A DNA stretch of 64,000 bases. It comes from Eledone cirrhosa (lineage: Eukaryota). The notes beneath the pieces were generated by a model. That model was not told the origin of the DNA. It made no database searches and saw nothing but the letters and a program-made list of their open reading frames with translations. The DNA lies in the NCBI GenBank assembly GCA_964016885.1, contig OZ024762.1, positions 9,548,001-9,612,000 on the forward strand, read 5' to 3'. Made by a program: the position numbers and the translations under genes. Positions 54,965 to 64,000 of this stretch are shown one piece after another; within the stretch, counting starts at the first letter, position 1, and each line of letters starts with the position of its first letter.

Positions 54965-55110
54965 GGTACAGAAGTTCAGAGTTGCTGCTATAAATGTTGG
55001 CACGATGGAGGGTAGGTCTGGTGAGGTGGTGGTGATGTGAGAACAGAGATGTGTGGAAGTATGGGGTGTACAAGAGGTGAGATGAAGGGGAGCTTTGGCC
55101 AGATTCAACG
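54965..55110 (+). mobile_element. Decayed RTE LINE apurinic-endonuclease N-terminus
   Basis: KFRVAAINVGTMEGRSGEVVVM*EQRCVEVWGVQEVR*RG matches the NVGTM..R..E.......D..C.QE.RW.G pattern. Confidence 0.7.
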
Positions 55111-55198
55111 CAAGGAAGGAACATAAGTATGAGAGACAGAGAGAGAGTGAGAGTGAGAGAGAGAGAGAGGGACGGAGAAATATATTTATATACATATA

Positions 55199-55247
<49 letters not shown>

Positions 55248-55576
55248 GGGGGGAGGGGGAACAAGAGAGGGTGATGGCGGTGGAAATCCTGCTGAGAGAA
55301 TTCAAGAATTGAAGGTTGTGGCTATTTCGGTGTGATGATGGTGGTGGTAATGGTGGTGATGGTGGTGGTGGTAGTAGTAATGGTGGTGGTGGTAGTAATG
55401 GTGGTGGTAGTAATGGTGGTGTTGATGGTAGTGATGGTGGTGGTAGTAGTAATGGTGGTGGTAGTAATGGTGGTGGTGGTAGTAATGATGGTGGTGGTGG
55501 TAGTAATGGTGGTAATGGTGGTGGTGGTAGTAATGGTGGTGGTGGTAGCAATAGTGGTGATGGTGGTGGTGGTGTT

Positions 55577-56670
55577 GGATGATCTGATGTCTTGGTTAAG
55601 TGCAACACCAACAACACCGGCAACACCAACACCAGCTACAACGCCACCACCAATACCAACAATATCAACACCAACAACAACACCAGCTACTACAACACCA
55701 ACAACAACCACAACACCAGCTACTACAACACCAACAACAGCAATAATGGTGTGGTTATATTTCAGAAGAGATGTGGACACTATATTTCAACTGGCACCGA
55801 ACCAATTGTTATTAATACTGTCACAGTGAAACAGCAACAACAACAACAACAAAAATGGTTTCTTTAGTAGTCACACAGGGTTTACATTAAGAAAACATTA
55901 AGGACGGCACAGGACAATACAGCATGGGTTTTTGAATAGGAAAAAAAAATTATAATGGAAACTGAAACAAAACAAAACACAACAAAAAATAATTGTTTCT
56001 ACGTTTGGCACAAGGCCAGCAATTACCCAGTGCATTACTGGTACTTTATTTTATCGACCCAGTAAGGATAAAAGGCAAAGTCAACCTCGGCGGGATTTGA
56101 ACTCAGATCGTAAAGGGACGTAACTATGCTGGAAAGCATGGCGTCCGACCCTCTACCGATACTGCCAATCCACCGCCCTGTAATTGTTTCTACTTTAGGC
56201 ACAAGGCCAGCAATTACCCCGGTACATTACTGGTACTTTATTTTCGACCCATTAAGGATGAAAGGCAAAGTTAACCTCGGCGGGATTTGAACTCAGAATG
56301 GCAAGGGCCGTAACTCTATATGTCAAAGCATGGTGTCCGACCCTCTACCGATACTGCCAATTCACCGCCCAAAACAAAAAATAATAATAATTGTTTCTAC
56401 TTTTGGCACAAGGCCAGCAATTATTTCCAGTACATTACTGGTACTTTATTTTATCGACCCCGTAAGGATGAAAAGCAAAGTTAACCTCGGTGCCAGTTGA
56501 AATATATAGTGTCCACATCTCTTCCGAAATACAACCACACCATTGTTGGTGTTGTAGTAGCTGGTGCTGTTGTTGTTGGTGTTGTTGGTATTGGTGGTGG
56601 TGTTGTAGCTGGTGTCGGTGTTGTTGGTGTTGGCATTGGTGTTGCACTTAACCAAGACATCAGATCATCC
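55577..56670. repeat. Inverted duplication (55577-55800 / 56487-56670) enclosing three SINE A copies
   Basis: ggatgatctgatgtcttggttaagtgcaacacc...ttcaactggcaccga and its reverse complement. Confidence 0.85.
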
Positions 56671-57499
56671 ACCACCACCACCACCACCAACACTACTACC
56701 ACCACCAGTAAAAAATAATAATGGTTTCTGATTTAGGCTAAAGGCCAGCAATTTTGGAGGAGGGGGGAGTCGATTAAATCAACCCCAGTGCATTACTGGT
56801 ACTTTATTTTGTTGACCTTGTAAGGGTGAAAGGCAAAGCTAAATAATTATTTCTACTTTTGGCACAACTGGAAAGTTACGGGTCCATGCATACATACATA
56901 CATGATGGCTGCCCCCTCGTTATCAAGTATGGCTATTGCACGATATAACATTATTAATAATTATTAATTAATTCTATCGTGCAATGCCTGTGCGTGAAGA
57001 TATTTTTTAAAGTGAGGAAAGACTGTGCACTGAGCCAATCCCACTCTCTGAGCGACAGTAGCTATAACCCAAAAAGAAGAAAAGATCAACATCATCGGTA
57101 ACTACTGAGCCACAGGTTTTAGGTTGGAGTTATCCCAGTTTCCTGAGTTGCCTTCTCCTAGAAGAATGCCCTGACAAAGGCTAGGGGTCTTTCACTCCCA
57201 GTGGTTTAACCGCGCAATCGGGTATCCAGCCCGACTATTTCTATGTCCCCGCGCATATACATCCACATGCACACATGCATATACACATATATATACATGT
57301 GTATATACATATTTACACACTTTCGGATGGCCGTTGACTCTTATGAGTTCTTCCGCCCTTTGTCAGATTTTGTTTTTGTCCAGCAGGGTGTCCAAAATCA
57401 CCCTCCTCACCAAGTAAACTTGGTGGGGTTGCCGGTTTAGTCGCCGATGACCCGACATGCAACAGGTTGTACTGGGTTACATGTTACCAATACATACAT

Positions 57500-58430
57500 A
57501 CTATTATATTTTCACAGTAAAGGATATATCTCACATAATATTGAATCTATGAGATTTTGATATTATACATTTTGAGAACAATACTATAACATCAGTATGA
57601 GTGGCCGGTTACAGCTGGTTTGAACAGAAAGAGGTGAGAGAATTCTGACCCGTTACGGCCGGTTTGAACAGAAAGAGGTGAGGGAATTCTGGCCAGTTAC
57701 GGCCGGTTTGAACAGAAAGAGGTGAGGGAATTCTGGCCAAAGACGGCTGGTTTGAACAGAAAGAGGTGAGAGAATTCTGACCAGTTACGGCCGGTTTGAA
57801 CAGAAAGAGGTGAGAGAATTCTGACCAGTTACGGCCGGTTTGAACAGAAAGAGGTGAGGGAATTCTGGCCAGTTACGGCCGGTTTGAACAGAAAGAGGTG
57901 AGGGAATTCTGGCTAGTTACGGCCGGTTTGAACAGAAAGAGGTGAGAGAATTCTGACCAGTTACGGCCGGTTTGAACAGAAAGAGGTGAGAGAATTCTGG
58001 CCAGTTACGGCCGGTTTGAACAGAAAGAGGTGAGGGAATTCTGACCAGTTACGGCCGGTTTGAACAGAAAGAGGTGAGAGAATTCCGACCAGTTACGGCT
58101 GGTTTGAACAGAAAGAGGTGAGAGAATTATGACCAGTTACGGCCGGTTTGAACAGAAAGAGGTGAGAGAATTCTGGCCAATTACGACCGGTTTGAACAGA
58201 AAGAGGTGAGGGAATTCTGGCCAGTTACAGCCGGTTTGAACAGAAATAGGTGAGGGAATTCTGGCTAGTTACGGCCGGTTTGAACAGAAAGAGGTGAGAG
58301 AATTCTGACCAGACACAGCCGGTTTGAACAGAAAGAGGTGAGGGAATTCTGACCAGTTACGGCTGGTTTGAACAGAAGGAGGTGAGAGAATTCTGGCCAG
58401 ACACGGCCGGTTTAAATGCTAAAGGGTTAA
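57500..58430. mobile_element. piggyBac-type MITE containing a 44 bp tandem array (about 18 copies)
   Basis: Unit ggccagttacggccggtttgaacagaaagaggtgagagaattct. The array ends in the TIR tttaaatgctaaagggttaa. Confidence 0.9.
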
Positions 58431-58777
58431 GGTTGTAGGAGCAACACGGTTTCTAGCAATCCAAATGCTGGCTGGTTGGCAGAGAAACAACGAACAGCTG
58501 AGTAAAGTGAAAGGAGAAGAAAAATAAGAAGAAAAATAATAACAATATTTAATGAAAATGGCAACATGTTGTCTGGAGTTCTTCAGTTGTTGGAAGATGT
58601 TTGAGATGAAGAGAAGAATTTGCTTGGATACTGCAGGAACTCTAGATAGCAACAACAATATTTACAAACCAAACATACTGTCTTTATATCATCTCTTTCT
58701 AGCGTTAAAGGAAACTTATTTGATTTGCAAATAATGTTTTATTCATTTTACACTTCATATAAATATATATATATATA

Positions 58778-58837
<60 letters not shown>

Positions 58838-58909
58838 TATACATGCATACATAAATATATATATATATATATATATATACATGCATACATACATATATAT
58901 ATATATACA

Positions 58910-58950
<41 letters not shown>

Positions 58951-59022
58951 GCATACATAAATATATATATATATATATATATATACATGCATACATATAT
59001 ATATACATGCATACATACATAC

Positions 59023-59055
<33 letters not shown>

Positions 59056-59060
59056 CATGC

Positions 59061-59131
<71 letters not shown>

Positions 59132-59132
59132 C

Positions 59133-59175
<43 letters not shown>

Positions 59176-59176
59176 C

Positions 59177-59241
<65 letters not shown>

Positions 59242-59617
59242 CATGTATATATATATATATATGCATGTATATATGTATATATATATATATGGCACAGAAA
59301 GAATCATATATAGATGCATGGCTATAGAATATACACCATGATATGCATGCACCATACACAGCAGTGCAAACAGAGACGTCTTTTCCTTTGGTAGATAATG
59401 GAGTTTGAAGTAGCTACCGAAGTTGTAAATAAACATGGCAGAGTCAACAGGATGTCATGGTGAGGGGAACATTGTTGCCACATCTCAGCAGACAATGATG
59501 CATCTCCTCCCACCACCACCACCACCACCACCACCATCACCACTACCACCAACACCACCACCACCTTCTCTTCTTGCTCACCGCCATCATCATCATCACC
59601 ATCATCATTGTCATCAT

Positions 59618-59749
59618 AATTGTTTCTACTTTAGGCACAAGGCCAGCAATTACCCAGTGTATTACTGGTACTTTATTTTATCGACCCCGTAAGGATGAAA
59701 GGCAAAGTTAACCACAGTAGTAGTGGAGAGGAAAAGAACACATACATAT

Positions 59750-59810
<61 letters not shown>

Positions 59811-60020
59811 TACATACATACATACATACATACATACATACATACATACATACATACATACACATACATACATACATATATATATATACATACATACATA
59901 CATACATATATGTACATACACATGCACTTGGCGGGATTTGAACTCAGACTGTAAAGGGACATAACTATGCTAGAAAGCATGGCGTCCAACCCTCTACCGA
60001 TACTGCCAATTCACCGCCCT
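59618..60020 (-). mobile_element. SINE A carrying an internal unique tag plus (TACA)n insert
   Basis: gttaacc|acagtagtagtggagaggaaaagaacac(atac)n...|ttggcgggatttgaactc. The same junction occurs at 24660. Confidence 0.8.
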
Positions 60021-60624
60021 AGGCTAGGCATGGTTTGGTTTGGTTTGGACGGGCTGCCATGGTCCGAAACTAGACTGGCCAAGCTGACCTCATCTTGCTT
60101 AGACCCTACTTACTTTGTATGGTTCGTTAAAGTTGGATGACCTTCCTAATGTCACCCTCCCCCTTACAGTTGATAATAATTGTTTTTACTTTAGGCAAAA
60201 GGCGAACAATTTGGAGGGAGGGGAAAGTTGACCCCAGTGCATTACTGGTACTATATTTTATCGAACCCGTAAGGGTGAAAAGCAAAGCTAACCTCAGTGG
60301 GATTTGAACTTAGACTATAAAGGGCCATAACTCTATGCTGCAAAGCATGGTGTCTGACTCTCTACTGATACTGCCAAAAAGTAATAATGGTTTCTGGTTT
60401 CGGCACAAGGCCAACAATTTTGGGGAGGGGACAGTTAATTAAATCAACTCCAGTGTATAACTGGTATTTTATTTTATCGACCCCATAAAGATGAAAGACA
60501 AAGCTGACCTCGGTGGGATTTGAACTCAGAACATAAAGGGCCATAACTCCATCCCACAAAGCATGGTGTGCAATGCTTTAACAATTCTGCCAATCCATCG
60601 ATGATTTTTGATTTTATTTAGGCA

Positions 60625-61010
60625 TATTGATACAGCTCACACCTATGTAAGTTTAGCTGGCTTTTACAAGGTTGAATTTCATAGTAATTTTCTCAGGTGT
60701 TTTAATGATAGGGATCCTAGTTCTACAGCTCACACCTGAGCAGGTTTGGTTGGTCACCTATGGGGTTGTATCTCATAGGAGGTTTTCTAAGGTGTTTTAA
60801 TGATCGGGGGCCAGTATTTTCGTTATGGCTCACACCTAAGCAGGTTTAGCTGGCCTACTATTAGGTTGTACCTCATAGGAGGTTTTCTAAGGTGTTTTAA
60901 TGATAGGGGCCCAAGATTGTTGATACAGTTTACACTTAAGCAGGTTTTGCAGGCCTCCTACGAGGTTATATCCCATAAGAGGTTTTTTTCAGATGTTTTC
61001 ATGATAGGGC
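60625..61010. repeat. Four diverged ~95 bp tandem units; single related copy at about 41709-41795
   Basis: Anchor gctcacacct...caggtttagctggcc...ctcataggaggttttctaaggtgttttaatgataggg. Confidence 0.75.
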
Positions 61011-61260
61011 ATGTGGTTTGAATGTTTCATGAAAGAATCGCTGGACAGATTTTACAGGCAAAACCAACCGTCAGGAGACCCAGGGGTTGCCCCCAAGCAA
61101 GATGGTTGGATAACATCCATGAGCTTGGCTGGTCTTGCTTGGGGATCCAGCCAGATCAGTTGGAAATAGTAGCTTCTGACAGGACCCACTGGGAGGAGTG
61201 TTTGAGGACCCTGCCCCCACGACCCTCTCAGGAATAAGTGGGTGAAGAAGAAGAAGAAGA
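61010..61260 (+). mobile_element. Second RTE family 3' end with a (GAA)n tail
   Basis: ERIAGQILQAKPTVRRPRGCPQARWLDNIHELGWSCLGI...DRTHW...LPPRPSQE*. A small remnant also lies at about 49085-49160. Confidence 0.85.
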
Positions 61261-61774
61261 TAATGATAGGGGCCTCTAGTTCTATCATGAAAAAGCAATT
61301 TGAAACAAAGCGTCTTCTTGCTGAAGAAAACAAGGCACTGCTCATTGCTCAGTTCTAGGAATTGAACCAACAACCTTATGATTGGGAGCTGAACACTCTA
61401 ACCACTGAGATGTGCACCTTCACACAATAACAATAAGGATTATAAATAAACACAAACAACAATCATTCACTCAGCCATTCAATCACTCAATGCATTTTTA
61501 CAGTTGCATTTATGCTATATATGTTTTGCAGCTGCAATGGTACAAAGGAATCAATTGATAAGACTAGAGTCAACATCATAACCACCACCATCATCACTAC
61601 CACCACCACCACCACCACCACCATTACCACCACCACATGCACCACCACTCTCTCTCTCTCCCTCTCTCTCTCTCGTTCTTTGTCTCTCTCTATCTCCCTC
61701 TCTTTGTCCCACCCACCCTCTCTCTCTTTTTCTTTCTCACTCTCTCACTCTCTCTCACTCACTCTCTCTCTCAT

Positions 61775-62100
61775 TAGATGGCCCTCCGTCAGTTACGACG
61801 ACGAGTGTTCCAGTTGATCCGATCAACGGAACAGCCGACACATTAAATTAACATGCAAGTGGCTGAGCATTCCACAGACGTGCTGTAACCCATAACATAG
61901 TTCTCAGGGAGATTCAGTGTGACACAAAGTACGACAGGGCTGGCCCTTCAAATTACAGGTACAACTCATTATTTTTGCCCAGTAAGTTGACTGAAGCAAC
62001 ATGAAATAAAGTGTCTTGCTCAAGGACACAACACGCCGCTCAACTTACGACCTTACGATTGTGAGTCAAATACCCTAACCACAAAGCCGTGCGCCTTCAC
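61775..62100 (-). mobile_element. tRNA-derived SINE family C
   Basis: It shares the aaagtgtcttgctcaaggacaca core with family B but has a different 3' half (agttctcagggagattcag). Relatives lie at about 9290-9525, 33985-34235 and 44050-44265. Confidence 0.75.
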
Positions 62101-62234
62101 CCTGCTTCATATACATACATACATACATACCATGTATGCATATATATATATATAAATAAAGTATGCATACACACACACATATATATAGATAGTTCCAGCT
62201 GTTGAAACAGCAAGAGCTCAGCCGTTGGGGTGCT

Positions 62235-62578
62235 GAGGCACATGGCTTAGTGGTTAGAGCATTGGCCTTGCAATCGAAAGGTTGTGAGTTCAATTCTCGG
62301 ATTGGGTGATGTGTTGTTTCCTTGAGCAAGACACTTTATTTCACATTGCTCCAGTTTACTCAGCTGTAGAAATGAGATGATAGGGACTGGGGTCCCTATC
62401 ATTCCACTGCAAAGTGGTCGTGTAGGTGCCACGGCAAAAAAGCACCCAGCACTCACTGTAAATGAGGTTGGTGTTAGGAAGGGCATCCAGCTGTAGAAAT
62501 CAAGCCAAAATCAGTTCCCGTCCCACCCTTGCAAGCAGGGAAAAAGCGGACGTAAAATGAAATGATGATGATGATGAT
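62235..62578 (+). mobile_element. Full-length SINE family B
   Basis: Matches 34543-34895. Confidence 0.9.
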
Positions 62579-62680
62579 ATATATAGTGGTAGAACACTGG
62601 AAGGTAATATCCGTAGTGGTAGAGCACTCAGTCCATGGGACGAGTTAGGTAGAAGTGGTTACACAACAGTTAGTTCACCA

Positions 62681-62723
62681 TACCGAGAACAATTGTTTCA
62701 CCTTAGCAGATCCTCAGCTCGTA
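62681..62723 (-). ncRNA. Minimal type I hammerhead motif
   Basis: tacgag-CTGAGGA-tctgctaaggt-GAAA-caattg-TT-ctcggta: palindromic stem III (ACAATTGT), GUU triplet, weak stem II. Confidence 0.55.
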
Positions 62724-62753
62724 ATGGACATGGTTCCGTATAACCATGTCCAT

Positions 62754-62796
62754 TATGAGCTGAGGATCCACTAAGGTGAAACAATTGTTCTCGGTA
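62754..62796 (+). ncRNA. Minimal type I hammerhead motif
   Basis: tatgag-CTGAGGA-tccactaaggt-GAAA-caattg-TT-ctcggta. Confidence 0.55.
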
Positions 62797-62924
62797 TGGT
62801 GAACTAACTGTTGTGTAACCACTTCTATATATATACATATATATATATAGACATACAATACAACAGGAGGAAACATAATAGTACCACTGATGATGTTGCA
62901 GATGTGCAACGAAAGAACTTTGTT

Positions 62925-62964
<40 letters not shown>

Positions 62965-63129
62965 TATCTGTATTTTTAACCATTGGTCAGTCAATGATAA
63001 ACATTGATTGCCAAATGAATTAACTCTGGAGATATAAAAGATACAGAAGCGAAAACCAACCAAACAGTGAGTGTGTTCTGTTATTATTTCTGGCAATATT
63101 ATTACAACAATATGACCCTCCCCAAGTAT

Positions 63130-63185
<56 letters not shown>

Positions 63186-63196
63186 ATTTATATATT

Positions 63197-63231
<35 letters not shown>

Positions 63232-63235
63232 ATTT

Positions 63236-63476
63236 ATTAAAATAACAGATTAAAGTTTAAGCAAAGAATCGCTGCTTTCACCCTTAATGGGATCTTCTGA
63301 AACTAACAAAGTTAATCTGTGAACGCAGAAGTGAATATTTCAAAAAACGTTGCAACCGGAGGAAGACAGGAAGGCGATACTTTGGTTCGTGGAAACGTTC
63401 CCTGGCAAAGAACGGGAAAAATTGAATATAATACGTCATTAATAGGAGCGGTGAAAAACAATTACACGCAAAGACA
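63236..63476. repeat. Inverted copy of the repeat at 1-240
   Basis: Reverse-complement match. Confidence 0.8.
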
Positions 63477-63689
63477 GAACCACGTTTATGGTATAAAAGA
63501 GGTCGTAGACTAATGTTCCCTTAGGTGGTTCATAGAGCCCTCTTTGGATTTTAGTCTTCAAATTTATTATTACTATATATATATATATATATGATGGTGG
63601 TGGTGGTGGTGGTGCTGTTAGTGATGATGATTGATATTAAATGGATCAATAATTTATAATTTTTTGAGAGAGAAATATTTTCTCAGGCC

Positions 63690-64000
63690 AAGTAACGATG
63701 ATGATGATGATGATTATGGTAATGATGATGGTAATAATCATAATCATGATCATGATCATGATGATGGTGGTGGTGGTGGTGGTGATAACGGTGGTATTAA
63801 TCTTGATGATGAAGATGATGATAACGATGACAGTGATGATGATGATGACGATTTTGATGACAACGGCGATGGTGATGATGAATATGATGATGATGATGAC
63901 GACGGTGATGACAGTGATGATGATGACAACGATGATGATGATGACAACGATGATGATGAAGATGATGATGATGATGGTGATGATGGTGATGGTGGTGATG
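63690..64000. repeat. (GAT/GGT/GAC)n low-complexity tract
   Basis: Direct reading. Confidence 0.9.

Larger units (their letters stand above)
62600..62827. mobile_element. Penelope-like fold-back remnant: 86 bp arms, 6 nt loop
   Basis: 62650-62735 / 62742-62827 form an inverted repeat with 3 mismatches. AGCACTCA is at 62623, TA-rich flanks surround it, and each arm carries a hammerhead motif. Confidence 0.65.

Noticed and set aside
59358-59436. Further phase-1 first exon [26 protein letters not shown]
   Set aside because: The only donor (TGT|gtatgg) is weak and there is no other support.

Overview
This is repeat-saturated animal genomic DNA with no prokaryotic features. The SINE, RTE and CR1 families and the microsatellite load resemble a coleoid cephalopod, probably Octopus; that is recognition, not a database result. 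Most of the ORF track is microsatellite artefact. The window looks like intronic or intergenic sequence holding a few short candidate minus-strand exons (52171-52226, 37286-37425, 27641-27873, 21656-21750) of a gene I cannot name. Around them lie 5'-truncated LINEs of five clades (CR1, RTE, L1/Tx1, R4/Dong, CRE), several tRNA-derived SINE families, TTAA piggyBac-type and Tc1/mariner-type MITEs, and more than ten minisatellite arrays. The most notable signals are: (1) inverted-repeat elements carrying minimal type I hammerhead ribozyme motifs with palindromic stem III, as in Penelope-like elements; (2) a Tx1-like LINE whose four copies all sit inside (GATA)n tracts; (3) one MITE family that has spawned three different minisatellites from its interior; (4) three candidate exons that share the same phase signature; (5) a periodic AGAT-n-GATATC motif cluster. 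Coordinates were read by eye, so repeat boundaries may be off by a few to tens of bases.
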